Assembly: GCA_913047625.1 (NCBI GenBank)
Contig: CAJWUJ010000002.1
Location: 85,848-149,847 of the forward strand
DNA length: 64,000 bases
Direction of reading: 5' to 3'
Source: an uncultured Dehalococcoidia bacterium
GTDB lineage: Bacteria > Chloroflexota > Dehalococcoidia > Lucifugimonadales > CAJWUJ01
In this document: positions 10,501 to 22,604 of the stretch, piece after piece
How positions within the stretch are numbered: position 1 is the first letter of the stretch
How the letters are laid out: the number at the start of each line of letters is the position of its first letter
Position numbers and translations under genes: made by a program
The notes under the pieces: generated by a model
Told to the model about the DNA's origin: nothing
What the model saw: the letters and a program-made list of their open reading frames with translations, nothing else
The model's database searches: none

Positions 10501-13500
10501 TATACCAGATTACGCAGGAATTAAGATTTCTCTCGCGTCCCCAGAGCTGATTAGAGGATGGTCTTATGGAGAAGTATCTAAGCCTGAGACAGTGAACTAT
10601 CGTACTCTCCGCCCAGAAAAAGATGGGTTATTTTGCGAGAGAATATTTGGTCCAACGAAAGATTGGGAGTGTTACTGTGGTAAATATAAGAAAATACGTT
10701 ACAAGGGTGTCATTTGTGATCGTTGCGGAGTAGAAGTGGCAAGAGCCAAAGTTCGAAGAGAGAGGATGGGTCACATTCAGCTCGCAGCCCCTGTCTCGCA
10801 TATATGGTTCACCAGAGGAACTCCGAGTAGGCTTGGAGTATTACTTGACTTATCACCACGAAACTTAGAAAGGGTCTTGTATTTCGCACAGTACGTCATC
10901 ATTAGCATAGATGAAGACAGTAAGGAAAAACTAGTGACTAGAATTCAAGAAGAAGGTATCGAGTATAAGGCAAGGCTGCAGGAAAAAGTTAACAGTTTAA
11001 AGAGTGTTGCTTCTTCAAAAGATGATGCCATAAATACTAATCTATCTTCTGAAAATATTGACTCTTCCGAAACAAGTGACAATATTCTCGATCCCGAAGC
11101 AGGTGATCATCAAGAAGATCCTTTTGGAGATTTGGATCTCAGTAGTGAGGAGAAAATCCAGGATGCTTTCAATAAGATTGACTCAGATACTCAAGATAAA
11201 ATTGAGCGTATGGAAGCGCTAGCTCCATTGCAGATGCTGTCAGAAAGCCGTTTCAGGGAATTACGTGATGAGTTTGGGGATGTATTTATTGCTGGTATGG
11301 GAGCTGAAGCTATTCTAGATATTTTGCAGAGAGTAAATCTGCAATCTTTATATCAAGAACTGCAAGAAGAAATTGCTTCTACTACAGGTCAAAGACGAAA
11401 GAAAGCGATTAAGCGACTTAAGGTAGTAAAGTCTTTATACCACAGTAACAATAAACCTGAATGGATGATTCTTAAAACTCTGCCAGTTCTCCCGCCAGAG
11501 CTTCGACCAATGGTACAACTCGATGGTGGAAGATTTGCCACCAGTGATTTAAATGATTTATACAGAAGAGTCATTAATCGAAATAATCGACTTAAGAGGT
11601 TGTTAGAATTAGGCGCGCCTGAAATTATAGTTCGTAACGAAAAAAGAATGCTGCAGGAGTCAGTGGATGCATTGATAGACAACGGTCGTAGGGGACGAAC
11701 AATCGCAGGCAGTCACAATCATAAATTAAAATCGCTTTCCGACTTATTGAGAGGCAAACAAGGAAGATTTCGCCAGAACTTGTTGGGCAAAAGAGTTGAC
11801 TATAGTGGGCGGTCAGTGATTGTAGTTGGTCCCTCCTTGGAGCTGCATCAATGCGGTTTACCTAAGAAGATGGCATTGGAGCTTTTTAAGCCATTTGTTA
11901 TGAACAAGCTGGTTGAACAAGGATTAGCACATAACATTAAGAGTGCAAGAAGAATGGTTGAGCGAGTTAGGCCGGAAGTCTGGGATATTCTCGAAGACAT
12001 AATTAAGACCAGACCAGTTCTGCTTAACCGAGCTCCTACGTTACATAGATTAGGCATTCAAGCCTTTCAACCAGTGCTTGTTGAAGGCAGTGCTATTCAG
12101 ATCCATCCACTAGTGTGCACCGCATTCAATGCCGATTTTGATGGTGACCAGATGGCTGTTCACGTTCCATTGTCAACAGAAGCTGTACTGGAGGCTCGGC
12201 GTATTATGTTGAGTACTAATAATATGCTTTCTCCAAGTTCTGGCGAGCCCATAGTAGCACCTACTTTGGATATGGTTCTTGGTTCTTATTATTTAACGAT
12301 GCTTCGTACAGGAGCGACAGGCGAAGGTAAACGGTTTCTTAATAAGGAAGAGGCAAGGTTATACGGCGATCTTGGCCTTGTCGATTTGCATGCTGAAATT
12401 GTCGTTCAGGATGATGGGAGTGGGACGCAACTTAAAACAACAATTGGCAGAATTATTTTCAATGAGGCTATTCCTAAAGAAGTAGGTTTCTATAACCGCT
12501 TAGTTGATAAACAGTCAATAAAAGAAATTGTATCTGATTGTTATCGACTACTTGGAAACGAAGGAACAGCAAAAGTTCTGGACAAAATTAAGGATGTAGG
12601 ATTTAGATATGCAACACAATCGGGTATCACTATAGCAATTAACGACATAACGGTATCTAAAGAGAAAGCTGCAATGATTGATAAGGCTTCTGAAAAGATA
12701 GCAAACTTACAGGAGCAATACGGTGACGGTTTGCTCACGCCCGATGAGAGGTACAAGCGAGCTGTAGATATATGGACTGAGGTTAGTGATGATATGACTT
12801 CCTTGATTGAGAAAACCATGCCTAACTATGGTGGGATCTATTTCATGGCTCAGTCAGGAGCTAAGGGTAATATAGCTCAGGTCAAACAAATGGCTGGGAT
12901 GCGAGGATTAATGAGCAATGCTCGAGGTAAGGTATTGGATTTGCCAATCAAATCCAGTTTCCGGGAAGGATTAACAGTGCTGGAGTACTTTATTTCTACT
13001 CATGGAGCTCGGAAAGGATTGGCAGATACGGCTTTGCGTACGGCTGACAGTGGATATCTAACTCGTAGACTCATAGATATTGCACAGGAAATTATTGTTT
13101 TGGAAACAGACTGCGGAACGGAAAAAGGAGTTTGGGTTATTTCTGAAACAGCAGAAGAAGATATTATGGTAGCCAGTTTTGAAGAGCGCTTAATTGGCCG
13201 TCATTTGGCAGAAGATTTAGTACATCCCAAAACCGGTAAGATCATCGGAAATAGAAACCAAGAGATTGACGAAGATATGGCAAGCAAGTTAACCCCAGCT
13301 AAGGTTGAGGCTGTTTTTGTAAGGTCAACTTTGTTATGCGAATCTGAAAAAGGTGCTTGCCAGTTGTGTTACGGGCGAAGTTTGGCTACGGGCAGAAGTG
13401 TTATGCTTGGAGAGGCAGTAGGGATAATTGCTGCCCAGTCAATTGGTGAACCAGGTACGCAGCTTACAATGAGAACTTTTCATACTGGGGGCGTTGCTGG

Positions 13501-14653
13501 AGTTGACATTACCAGTGGACTACCTCGTGTTGAAGAATTGTTTGAGGCAAGAGTGCCTAAAAGTAAAGCATTACTATCAGAAATTGAAGGAAATGTAGAA
13601 GTTTTTGATAGTGGAATTTTGATAGGGACTGACTCAGCATTGCCTTCTGGCGGGCTGAAACCTCCTATTTCTGAGGGTAAGGTGGTTCGAGTAACTAATG
13701 AGATTCCTTATTCAGAAGAATATAGAATACCTAGAGGATATAAGCCTTCAGTAGTTGATGGTGCTTGGGTAGAGAGTGACGCGGTTTTGGTGACCAAACC
13801 CCGAGTTGCTAAAGAATCTAAGTTATTGAATGAGTCCACCGATGGTTCGGTGCGTTCGAGCAACGCAGGTACAGTTAAAGTAATGAAGACCAAAATAAAG
13901 CTATTTTGGGACGAAAGTGATAGTCGGGATTATCCAGTACCAGCCACGGCAAACCTTGTAGTAAAGACGGGAGAGACTGTGCGTGCTGGTCAACCTTTGA
14001 CCAAGGGTCAACGGGATCCACACGATATTCTCAGGATCCAAGGAAGAGAAGCAGTGGAACGTTATTTGAGGCAACAGGTTCAAACGGTCTATATGAACCA
14101 AGGGGTGTCTATTAATGATAAACATATTGAGGTTATTGTAAGGCAGATGCTTCGTCGAGTACGGGTAGACTTTTCAGGTGACACTGAGTTATTACCAGGC
14201 CAACTAGTTGACAGGCTGACTATTGAAAGAACTAACGCAAAGATATTGGCGGAAGGGGGAGAACCTGCTACAGCGAGCCCCGTTCTTCTTGGGGTTACTC
14301 GAGCTTCTCTAAATACGGATAGTTTCCTTGCGGCAGCTTCATTCCAAGAGACTGCGAGAGTATTGACTGAAGCAACTATTACAGGTTCTATGGATTCCCT
14401 ACAGGGATTAAAAGAAAATGTGATCATCGGTCGATTGATACCAGCTCGATTTGACTTGTCAGAAGAAGGTAGGATTAGGCTTGGATTCGATAAACTTGAA
14501 GAAGAAAGGTCAAATAAAAAGGCTCAATACGAGTCTTTAGGTGAGCCAAATGAGATGGCTACTTCTGAGGAAGAAGAATTGCAAAAACAGCTTATCGGAG
14601 ATGATACCGGGTTGGGTGATGAAGTGCAGCCAACAGAATCCTTTCTAGACTAA
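10484..14653 (+). CDS. rpoC: DNA-directed RNA polymerase subunit beta'
   Basis: Zinc finger CYCGKY...CDRC, catalytic [20 protein letters not shown]. Overlaps the rpoB stop; the ORF track's GTG start at 10475 is an alternative. Confidence 0.99.
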   Translation: MIQTSNIPDYAGIKISLASPELIRGWSYGEVSKPETVNYRTLRPEKDGLFCERIFGPTKDWECYCGKYKKIRYKGVICDRCGVEVARAKVRRERMGHIQLAAPVSHIWFTRGTPSRLGVLLDLSPRNLERVLYFAQYVIISIDEDSKEKLVTRIQEEGIEYKARLQEKVNSLKSVASSKDDAINTNLSSENIDSSETSDNILDPEAGDHQEDPFGDLDLSSEEKIQDAFNKIDSDTQDKIERMEALAPLQMLSESRFRELRDEFGDVFIAGMGAEAILDILQRVNLQSLYQELQEEIASTTGQRRKKAIKRLKVVKSLYHSNNKPEWMILKTLPVLPPELRPMVQLDGGRFATSDLNDLYRRVINRNNRLKRLLELGAPEIIVRNEKRMLQESVDALIDNGRRGRTIAGSHNHKLKSLSDLLRGKQGRFRQNLLGKRVDYSGRSVIVVGPSLELHQCGLPKKMALELFKPFVMNKLVEQGLAHNIKSARRMVERVRPEVWDILEDIIKTRPVLLNRAPTLHRLGIQAFQPVLVEGSAIQIHPLVCTAFNADFDGDQMAVHVPLSTEAVLEARRIMLSTNNMLSPSSGEPIVAPTLDMVLGSYYLTMLRTGATGEGKRFLNKEEARLYGDLGLVDLHAEIVVQDDGSGTQLKTTIGRIIFNEAIPKEVGFYNRLVDKQSIKEIVSDCYRLLGNEGTAKVLDKIKDVGFRYATQSGITIAINDITVSKEKAAMIDKASEKIANLQEQYGDGLLTPDERYKRAVDIWTEVSDDMTSLIEKTMPNYGGIYFMAQSGAKGNIAQVKQMAGMRGLMSNARGKVLDLPIKSSFREGLTVLEYFISTHGARKGLADTALRTADSGYLTRRLIDIAQEIIVLETDCGTEKGVWVISETAEEDIMVASFEERLIGRHLAEDLVHPKTGKIIGNRNQEIDEDMASKLTPAKVEAVFVRSTLLCESEKGACQLCYGRSLATGRSVMLGEAVGIIAAQSIGEPGTQLTMRTFHTGGVAGVDITSGLPRVEELFEARVPKSKALLSEIEGNVEVFDSGILIGTDSALPSGGLKPPISEGKVVRVTNEIPYSEEYRIPRGYKPSVVDGAWVESDAVLVTKPRVAKESKLLNESTDGSVRSSNAGTVKVMKTKIKLFWDESDSRDYPVPATANLVVKTGETVRAGQPLTKGQRDPHDILRIQGREAVERYLRQQVQTVYMNQGVSINDKHIEVIVRQMLRRVRVDFSGDTELLPGQLVDRLTIERTNAKILAEGGEPATASPVLLGVTRASLNTDSFLAAASFQETARVLTEATITGSMDSLQGLKENVIIGRLIPARFDLSEEGRIRLGFDKLEEERSNKKAQYESLGEPNEMATSEEEELQKQLIGDDTGLGDEVQPTESFLD

Positions 14654-14687
14654 ATACCTGACCTATATTTTTAAACTAAGATTTCAT

Positions 14688-15677
14688 CTATTCCAGATCA
14701 GTGAGATTGTTCTTGACTGTTTTCAAAAAACTAGCTGCAGGTGCGCCATCTACAACTTGATGATCAAAGGTTATACTAAGACTTGCTACTGTTCTGATAG
14801 CAATCTCTTCATTAACTACCAATGGTCTTTTAATACTTCTACCTATTCCAAGAATAGCTAGCTCCGGTGGATTAATTATCGGAGTAAACGCGTCTATATC
14901 ATATGATGCGAGGGAAGAGACGGTAAATGTTCCGTTTGTAACATCTTGGTAGTCGAGGGTTCCGTCCCTTGCTTTCTTGGAAAGAACGAATAGTTCTTCA
15001 GCTATGCTAGCGACGCTTTTTAAATTGGCGTTTTGGATTACAGGTACGATGAGACCCTTATCAATAGAAACTGCCACTCCCACATTGATATCGGTAGATA
15101 ATGTTAACCTACTGTTTTCATAAGTCCCATTGAGATCAGGATGTAGTTCTAGTGCTTTTGCTGCTGCCTTTATGATTAGATGCAGGCTTCGTATCCGAGC
15201 TTTCGGGTATTTTGTATTGAGATTCTTTTGATACAACTCCATATCTGTTAGATCAGCTTCAGTCATTAAAGTAATTTGAGCCATACTTGTCAGGCTATGC
15301 ATCATATTTGTTGCAATAGTTTTTCTTAAGCCACTTAATTCGTTATTTATCTGTCGACTATTAGTGCTCTGTCTAGTTGTTGGACGTGGACGCTTGTTCG
15401 CCTCTTGTTGATTTGTGACAACTTTAGTTTTAGAGATAATACCTAGTGTATCTCCTACGGATATGAGTTCACCTATTTGATGATTTTGTTCCTTAAGAAA
15501 GCCATTACAAGGAGCAATAACAGTAAAATTGATCTTTGCAGATTCTACTTCTAGGAGAGGCTCATTTTTTTTCACAATTTCCCCAATGTTTTTATGCCAG
15601 TGGGTAATTGTGGCCTTAACCATATCTGTATTCCAGGCATTTAGAATTATTTTAGTTGTGATTTGCTTTGCACTCAT
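14688..15677 (-). CDS. 2-oxo acid dehydrogenase E2 (dihydrolipoamide acyltransferase) family protein
   Basis: Lipoyl domain EVESAK, GTFTVSSL, TPIINPPELAILG, FDHQVVDGA. Confidence 0.88.
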   Translation of the reverse strand: MSAKQITTKIILNAWNTDMVKATITHWHKNIGEIVKKNEPLLEVESAKINFTVIAPCNGFLKEQNHQIGELISVGDTLGIISKTKVVTNQQEANKRPRPTTRQSTNSRQINNELSGLRKTIATNMMHSLTSMAQITLMTEADLTDMELYQKNLNTKYPKARIRSLHLIIKAAAKALELHPDLNGTYENSRLTLSTDINVGVAVSIDKGLIVPVIQNANLKSVASIAEELFVLSKKARDGTLDYQDVTNGTFTVSSLASYDIDAFTPIINPPELAILGIGRSIKRPLVVNEEIAIRTVASLSITFDHQVVDGAPAASFLKTVKNNLTDLE

Positions 15678-15815
15678 TTGAATTAGATTGTACGAATAAA
15701 AAGACCGTTTGGAAAGTTAGGGTTCAGTAGGATTGCATTCAAAATCACTGCTGACTGGCGTAACTTGTGTTAGAATACCCGCTTATGAGGTCAATATTTA
15801 AAATAATGAATATTA

Positions 15816-17426
15816 ATGGGAGTCAAGAAATTGGATCACGGTAAAAGTGAATTTGGTCTTGATATTCATGGTATCTCTCATGAGGGGTCTAGTTTTTGGA
15901 ATCTCGATGTCAAGGCTTTGTATAAGAGTGCCTTAGCACAAGGGAATGCAGTTCTGGCCCATGGTGATTCTTTAGTTGTCACTACAGGAAAGTATACCGG
16001 GAGGTCTCCCAAAGACAAGTTTATCGTGTGTGATGAAACTACTAAGGATGTAGTGTGGTGGCAAGGGGGCAATCAATCATTTAGCCCCGAGCAATTCGAT
16101 TCTCTTCATGACAAAGTGCTTGCGTATTTAGGGTCACAAGATTTATTTATTCAGGATTGTTTTGTGGGTGCGGATTCTGAATATAGGCTCAAATTAAGAG
16201 TCATTACTCATTCTGCTTGGCATTCCTTATTTGCGCGTAACATGTTTATTATCCCTGAGGTAAATCAGTTAGCCTCCCATAACCCAGATTTTACAGTTCT
16301 TCACTGTCCAGGTTTCAAGGCTGATCCTACTGTGGATAGTACTAATTCAGAAGCTTTTATAGTTATAAATTTTAATAAGAAGATCGTTATGATAGGTGGC
16401 ACAGAGTACGCCGGTGAAATCAAGAAATCGATCTTCACTGTTATGAACTACATATTGCCAGAAAAGGATGTCTTCCCCATGCATTGTGCTGCGAATGGGG
16501 AGCCCAAGAACGGTGATGTGGCTTTGTTTTTTGGCCTTTCCGGTACTGGTAAAACAACTTTATCTGTGACTAATGACAGGATATTGATAGGGGATGATGA
16601 GCATGGATGGACCCCTGATAGTGTATTCAATTTCGAAGGCGGATGTTATGCGAAGGTGATTCGACTATCCGCTGAAGCAGAGCCTGAGATTTTCGAACGA
16701 ACTAGGTCTTTTGGAACAGTCTTAGAGAATGTTGTTATGGATAGCAGTACAGGGATTTTAGATCTTGACGATGACTCTATTACTGAAAACACTAGGGGAT
16801 CATACCCTCTTAGTTCCTTGTCCAATGTCTCGAGTACCGGTTGCGGGAAGCAGCCGAATTATATTTTCTTTCTTACCGCGGATGCTTTTGGAGTTTTACC
16901 GCCATTAGCTCAGCTAACAATCAATCAAGCAATGTATTATTTTATTTCTGGATACACTGCAAAGTTGGCAGGTACTGAAAGAGGGGTTATACAGCCCGAA
17001 GCAACCTTTAGTACTTGTTTTGGCGCTCCTTTTATGCCTAGGCATCCCAGCACGTATGCGGCGTTACTGGGTCAGCGCATGTTAAACGATAATGTACAAG
17101 CTTGGCTTGTTAACACCGGTTGGAGTGGAGGTCCATATGGGATTGGAGAAAGGGTTAAAATTGCACACACTAGAGCAATGATTAGAGCGGTTCTCAGTGG
17201 GAGCATGGACTCTGTCCCAACAGTTGAAGATCCTATTTTCAGAGTTGATGTCCCAGTATCCTGTCCTGATGTTCCTGATTCAATATTGAGACCCCGGGAT
17301 ACGTGGCCGAATCCTGATGGTTATGATGAACAGGCTAAACTCTTGGCTAGAATGTTCCAAGACAATTTTTCCAGCTTTGCAGATCAGGTATCTCTTGAAG
17401 TGTTAAACTCCGGTCCTCAATCTTAA
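15816..17426 (+). CDS. pckA: Phosphoenolpyruvate carboxykinase (ATP)
   Basis: TGRSPKDKFIV, FFGLSGTGKTTLS, LIGDDEHGW, NFEGGCYAK. Confidence 0.98.
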   Translation: MGVKKLDHGKSEFGLDIHGISHEGSSFWNLDVKALYKSALAQGNAVLAHGDSLVVTTGKYTGRSPKDKFIVCDETTKDVVWWQGGNQSFSPEQFDSLHDKVLAYLGSQDLFIQDCFVGADSEYRLKLRVITHSAWHSLFARNMFIIPEVNQLASHNPDFTVLHCPGFKADPTVDSTNSEAFIVINFNKKIVMIGGTEYAGEIKKSIFTVMNYILPEKDVFPMHCAANGEPKNGDVALFFGLSGTGKTTLSVTNDRILIGDDEHGWTPDSVFNFEGGCYAKVIRLSAEAEPEIFERTRSFGTVLENVVMDSSTGILDLDDDSITENTRGSYPLSSLSNVSSTGCGKQPNYIFFLTADAFGVLPPLAQLTINQAMYYFISGYTAKLAGTERGVIQPEATFSTCFGAPFMPRHPSTYAALLGQRMLNDNVQAWLVNTGWSGGPYGIGERVKIAHTRAMIRAVLSGSMDSVPTVEDPIFRVDVPVSCPDVPDSILRPRDTWPNPDGYDEQAKLLARMFQDNFSSFADQVSLEVLNSGPQS

Positions 17427-17463
17427 GAATGTAAGCAATTAATTCCTGCGTCAAAGGATATTC

Positions 17464-18609
17464 ATGCTACTACCTATAGGAGAGAATGATTTGTACAAAC
17501 ACGATAACCTAGGGGTTGCTTGGGTCAGTGGAATTACAGCCGAATCGCAAGGTATAGCTCGTACTTCAGGAGTCTGCTCTGGTGACTTGGAAGAACAGAC
17601 CAAGAAAGCCTATAAAAACTTAGAGCTAGTTTTAAGTAGAACTGGTCATACTCTAAAAGATATAACCAAAATAATCTACTATATTGATCCCCGTGCAGTT
17701 CCCGCATTTAATCAAGCTATTGGTGTCAGGGCAGAGCTTTTTGGAATTGATCAATTGCCAGCTGTTACGGCAGTCGCGGTTCATTCTCTAATCGATAAGG
17801 GAGCCTTGGTGAAAATTGAGGCGATAGCAGATCGAAATGGCAAAAAAACCGTACATTATCCAGATCAGAGGAATGACTGGAAATTGCCCTACAAACCATG
17901 CTGGGACGGAGGCAATGTACTATGGGTAGCTGGATTAGTAGCTCGGTCATATGATAGCTTGGGCGTGCCTTTATGGCCTTCAAATTTAGTCGGTCAAACT
18001 GAGGCTATCTATAGAAGAGCTGAGATAATGTTAAGCCGTGCGGGATTACAGTTCAGTGATGTAGTTAATTTAGTAGACTATGTTGTTCCAGAAGGATATA
18101 AAGATTATCAACAGGCGAATCAGGTACGGAAGAAGTATTTTAAAGACCAACCACCAGCTTGCACTACGGTCGTAGTTGACAAGCTTCTAGCAGATGACGC
18201 CTTAGTAGAGACTGACATGTTTGCGGTTCGTGATGGTAACAGAGTTGATATTTCACTTACATCTACTTCAAGTATTTCACCTGATGGAGTCAAGAAAGGA
18301 TCATTAGTGTTCATTGGAGGTCAGGTAGCTAGTGATTTATCTCCTAAGGATACCAAGGTACAAGCTACAGAATGTCTGAATAACATTGATGGTTTGTTGG
18401 AACAAGCTGGGGGGAATAAACAGAATATTACTCGCCTTGTAGCCTATATATCCGAGCAGGCTTTTGGTGATTATGACGAGGTACTAGGAGCAATTGAGCA
18501 CTATTTTTCTGGCAGCCCACCTTCTGTTACTGCTGTTGCTGTACAAAACCTTTCAGACCCCAATCAAAACATCATGATGAATGCTGTGGCTGATTTAAGC
18601 ACTGACTAA
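17464..18609 (+). CDS. Three-domain Rid (YjgF/YER057c/UK114) family protein
   Basis: Three tandem repeats of xSG/xGG...Q(T/A)...L..AG...P(A/S)xTxVxV. Confidence 0.8.
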   Translation: MLLPIGENDLYKHDNLGVAWVSGITAESQGIARTSGVCSGDLEEQTKKAYKNLELVLSRTGHTLKDITKIIYYIDPRAVPAFNQAIGVRAELFGIDQLPAVTAVAVHSLIDKGALVKIEAIADRNGKKTVHYPDQRNDWKLPYKPCWDGGNVLWVAGLVARSYDSLGVPLWPSNLVGQTEAIYRRAEIMLSRAGLQFSDVVNLVDYVVPEGYKDYQQANQVRKKYFKDQPPACTTVVVDKLLADDALVETDMFAVRDGNRVDISLTSTSSISPDGVKKGSLVFIGGQVASDLSPKDTKVQATECLNNIDGLLEQAGGNKQNITRLVAYISEQAFGDYDEVLGAIEHYFSGSPPSVTAVAVQNLSDPNQNIMMNAVADLSTD

Positions 18610-18633
18610 ACGTCACCTTGGTAACCCGTCACC

Positions 18634-20361
18634 CTATTTAGAGCGCAGTTTTTCGGTACCTCTCCAGTCTATCGAACGATTATCAGGCATTATTGCGACG
18701 GCATATACATCCTTAGCTCGCTCAATAGATACCTTTTCTTCTATAACGTCCCAGAGAACCAGTTCAGGATCTCTCTGCTTGGGATCGCCCCAGCCACCAG
18801 CTCCTGGCCATTCAATTTTCAGCCAGTCACCTGCATTTACCGTTTCTAAGAATTTCGTTGGCATCTTTTTGACCTGTCCTTGTTTCGAGACAGAGATTTT
18901 GGTTGACTGAGAGGAAGAACCTCCGTTTAAACCATAAGGAGAACTTTTTTGTCTATCAGATCTCAATTGAATAACTGTGTCGTCTAACAAATACGTGTAT
19001 TTTCTAACCATTGCCAGACCACCTCTGTGTAAGCCTGCTCCCTCAGAATTAGGAACCATACCGTATTCCTCAATGCGAATAGGTTGTTCAATTTCCATAG
19101 TTTCCGATGGTATATTAGCTAGGTTCGACACGTTAGTCCCCTGAGCGTCTAAGCCATCCAATGTAGGAGACCCTCCCCTGGCAGTTTCATTATGAAATTC
19201 TAATTGTACCCATGGTTTCCATGGGGTTTTGCTTTTATCATAGCCTCCTGCCCCAACTCCTACTTCAGCTCCGCCTGGGCAGGCAAAAACTTTGTCAGGT
19301 AACATTTGTGCAAATGCGCCGTATAGTACATGTGTAATTCGTCTACACCCCAAAGCTCGGGCTGCAACCGGGGCTGGTGGTAAAGGATTTGTGAATGTTC
19401 CTTCCGGGGATGTAATAGTAACTGGTCTGAAATAACCAGCAGTGTTTGGTATATCTCCCCCTATAACGCTTCGCATGACGGCATAGACCATAGCTTTTGT
19501 GGTAGCAAATACCGGTTGAATAGAACCTTTGCACTGGGGAGATGTGCCTGTAAAGTCTACCCACAAGTGATCACCTTTTTTCGTTATTGTAGTTACAATA
19601 GATATCTGATCGTCTGTGAAGCCATCATCATCGATGTAATCGGTGAAGGACCACGTTCCCTCTGGCCATTCTGATATAGCTTTGCGTATAGCCATTTCAG
19701 TATAGTCAAGGAGTTCGTTGATGGTGGTTTCTAGTTCTTCAGCACCGTATCGTGCAATCAGTTTTCGATACTCTTGCTCGCCAAAATGCAAAGATGCAAC
19801 TTGCCCGCGAATATCTCCTAAGACGATGTCAGGCACTCGAACAGCTTTTTCAATTATTCGGAAGAGAGTCTCATTGGGCTCACCTTTTTCATATAGCTTC
19901 AAAGGAGGGATCCGTAGGCCTTCCTGATAAATTTCTGATGAGTCGCAAGCGTTACCTCCTGCTACTCTACCTCCGATATCGGTTTGATGAGCCATTGAGC
20001 ACAAATAAGCTGTAATATGACCACCTTCGAAGACTGGCTTGAATAGGAATATATCTGGAAGATGGCTTGCTCCTTCGTAGGGATCATTGCTTGCTAATAT
20101 ATCTTCTGGATATATTCTGCCTTCATACCGTTCCAGGCAGGCTTTTAAGGCAGGCATCATTCCCCCAAGGTGAATTGGGGTACATGCTCCTTGACCAACG
20201 AGTTCGCCGTCACAGTTAAGGACACCTGTAGAAAAATCCAAACTTGTTCTTACTACTGATGATCTTGAAGTCCGTACAACTGTTAGGGCCATGCCATCAG
20301 CTATGCTTTCGAGATTATTTTTGATAATCTCCATCTTGATTGGGTCTGTTACCTTAAGCAT
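18634..20361 (-). CDS. hyuB: Hydantoinase B/oxoprolinase family protein
   Basis: NDPYEGASHLPD, HQTDIGG, EIYQEGLRIPP, GAGGWGDP. Confidence 0.9.
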   Translation of the reverse strand: MLKVTDPIKMEIIKNNLESIADGMALTVVRTSRSSVVRTSLDFSTGVLNCDGELVGQGACTPIHLGGMMPALKACLERYEGRIYPEDILASNDPYEGASHLPDIFLFKPVFEGGHITAYLCSMAHQTDIGGRVAGGNACDSSEIYQEGLRIPPLKLYEKGEPNETLFRIIEKAVRVPDIVLGDIRGQVASLHFGEQEYRKLIARYGAEELETTINELLDYTEMAIRKAISEWPEGTWSFTDYIDDDGFTDDQISIVTTITKKGDHLWVDFTGTSPQCKGSIQPVFATTKAMVYAVMRSVIGGDIPNTAGYFRPVTITSPEGTFTNPLPPAPVAARALGCRRITHVLYGAFAQMLPDKVFACPGGAEVGVGAGGYDKSKTPWKPWVQLEFHNETARGGSPTLDGLDAQGTNVSNLANIPSETMEIEQPIRIEEYGMVPNSEGAGLHRGGLAMVRKYTYLLDDTVIQLRSDRQKSSPYGLNGGSSSQSTKISVSKQGQVKKMPTKFLETVNAGDWLKIEWPGAGGWGDPKQRDPELVLWDVIEEKVSIERAKDVYAVAIMPDNRSIDWRGTEKLRSK

Positions 20362-20514
20362 GTCATACTCCTACGATTGAGTTACCTTTAGAGCCTATCT
20401 TAGATTATTGAATGGCTAGTTGCAAAGATTTTGTTAAGATAGAGTCAAATATTGTTCTACTAGCAACCTATTTAAGAGAAATAACCTTAAAACACAAAGA
20501 GAAAGTTAACATTT

Positions 20515-22575
20515 ATGACTAATAGATTAATCAATGAAAGTAGTCCTTATTTACAGCAACATGCGCAAAATCCGGTTGAATGGTATCCATGGGGCGAAGA
20601 AGCATTGAACAAAGCTATAGCGGAAGGAAAACCTATGCTACTAAGCATTGGTTATTCTGCCTGTCATTGGTGTCATGTTATGGAGCGCGAGTCGTTTGAG
20701 GACAGAGACGTTGCTGCAATAATGAACAAATGGTTTGTTAATATCAAGGTTGACCGGGAAGAGCGTCCTGATTTGGATAGCATCTATATGTTAGCCGTAC
20801 AAAGTATGACTGGTAGTGGTGGATGGCCTCTTACTGTGTTCCTAACCAGTGATGGCAAACCTTTTTTTGGTGGTACTTATTTTCCCCCAACCGATCGACA
20901 TGGCTTACCTTCGTTTACAAAAGTTTTAACTACTATAGGAGAACTCTATCACCAAGAACCGGAAAAAGTTGCCGAAAACGCAGAACAAGTGATTAATCAT
21001 CTTCAAAAAATCCTTAGTAGTGGTGCAAATAGTGAAAAAACTCAAGTGCACGATAGTCAAATACATCAAGCAATTCAGGGTTTAAAGAATTCTTTTGATT
21101 GGGAACACGGAGGACTAGGTACTGCTCCTAAATTCCCTCAGCCTTTAGTGCATGAGTTTATGCTGCAATACGCGGATCGATTTAAGGATGAAGATGCATT
21201 GAATATGGTTCTTCAATCGCTGGATGCAATGTCAGCAGGCGGGATTTATGACCAGATTGGAGGAGGGTTCCACCGTTATTCCACCGATAGATCCTGGTTG
21301 GTTCCTCATTTTGAGAAAATGCTATATGACAATGCTTTGCTTAGTTCACTATACCTTAATGCTTACCGTATTACAGGACTATTACAATACGAGAAAGTTG
21401 TAACAGAAACATTGGACTATGTGATAAGGGAAATGATTAGTGATAATGGAGGGTTTTTTGCAGCCCAAGATGCTGATAGTGAAGGTGTTGAAGGAAAGTA
21501 CTTTGTTTGGACAAGCGATGAAATCATTTGTGAGCTTGGACGTTCTGACGGAGAAATACTGTGCCAATATTTTGGCGTTATTGATGGAGGAAACTTTGAA
21601 GGCAATTCAATCCTCCATAAGGTTACAACGGAAAACGAATTAGCAGCAATCCATAATATGACTATAGTTAAACTTAGAGAGATTCTTGATAAAGGGAAAA
21701 TGCATCTCTTGAATATACGATATCAGAGAATCCCTCCAGCTTGTGATGACAAGATCATCGTCGCATGGAATGGATTCATGATGCGTGCTTTTGCTGAGGC
21801 TGGATCAGTATTGCAAAGCAGTCAATACACGAATGTGGCACTGCGTAACGCTGAATTCTTGCTAGAGAATTTGTCTGACGATGGCATCTTATGTAGAGTT
21901 ATCACGGAGGGATCTCCAAAGGGTGAAGGGTACTTAGAGGATTACGCATCCTTGATTGATGGTTTGTTGGCAGTGTATAGGTGTACCCTTAATTTAGAGT
22001 GGCTTACTCAGGCGGATGCGTTGGCACAAACAATGATTAGACTTTTCTGGGATGAAGAAAGCAAAAGTTTTTATGACACTGGGATCAATCATGAGAAGTT
22101 AGTGGTTCGACCTAGAGATTATTTTGATAATGCTGTTCCGTGCGGGACATCACTCGCTGTGAATGCCTTACTACAACTTGGATCAATGACTTTAAGTAAA
22201 AGATATCGAGAGATTGCTGACACTGTCTTATCTGGCAAGAATACGTTCGCTGCTAATAATCCATTTGCAATGAGCAATTTGCTTAGAGGTCTCGATTTTC
22301 ATTTGGCACCCCCATCTGAGATTGTTCTTGTTGGGAGTAACCGTCAGCTAGATGAGTCTGCTTTGCTGTATGGATGTCATAAACGATATATGCCAAATAC
22401 AGTTATAGCTGGTGGTGATCCATCTCATCCAGCTTATGCTACTTTCCCTCTTATGGAAGATAAGAGTTTGGTGGGCAACGAGGTCACAGCGTACATTTGC
22501 CGGGATTATACCTGCGGGCCACCTATCACGGAATTAAATGAGCTAGAAAGCTATCTCACGTTAAGAGAAAAGTAG
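20515..22575 (+). CDS. Thioredoxin-domain protein, YyaL/SSP411 family
   Basis: [45 protein letters not shown]. Confidence 0.95.
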   Translation: MTNRLINESSPYLQQHAQNPVEWYPWGEEALNKAIAEGKPMLLSIGYSACHWCHVMERESFEDRDVAAIMNKWFVNIKVDREERPDLDSIYMLAVQSMTGSGGWPLTVFLTSDGKPFFGGTYFPPTDRHGLPSFTKVLTTIGELYHQEPEKVAENAEQVINHLQKILSSGANSEKTQVHDSQIHQAIQGLKNSFDWEHGGLGTAPKFPQPLVHEFMLQYADRFKDEDALNMVLQSLDAMSAGGIYDQIGGGFHRYSTDRSWLVPHFEKMLYDNALLSSLYLNAYRITGLLQYEKVVTETLDYVIREMISDNGGFFAAQDADSEGVEGKYFVWTSDEIICELGRSDGEILCQYFGVIDGGNFEGNSILHKVTTENELAAIHNMTIVKLREILDKGKMHLLNIRYQRIPPACDDKIIVAWNGFMMRAFAEAGSVLQSSQYTNVALRNAEFLLENLSDDGILCRVITEGSPKGEGYLEDYASLIDGLLAVYRCTLNLEWLTQADALAQTMIRLFWDEESKSFYDTGINHEKLVVRPRDYFDNAVPCGTSLAVNALLQLGSMTLSKRYREIADTVLSGKNTFAANNPFAMSNLLRGLDFHLAPPSEIVLVGSNRQLDESALLYGCHKRYMPNTVIAGGDPSHPAYATFPLMEDKSLVGNEVTAYICRDYTCGPPITELNELESYLTLREK

Positions 22576-22604
22576 CTTGACTGGTAATTATTATTTGAGT
22601 TATT

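Noticed and set aside
7017-14427. Numerous 60-112 aa minus-strand ORFs within rpoB/rpoC
   Set aside because: Antisense shadows of conserved genes with no recognisable motifs
14688-15677. A/C-rich composition of E2 (and the phosphatase at 59435) as evidence of horizontal transfer
   Set aside because: Minus-strand genes across the window appear to share this bias, which is better explained by replication strand skew
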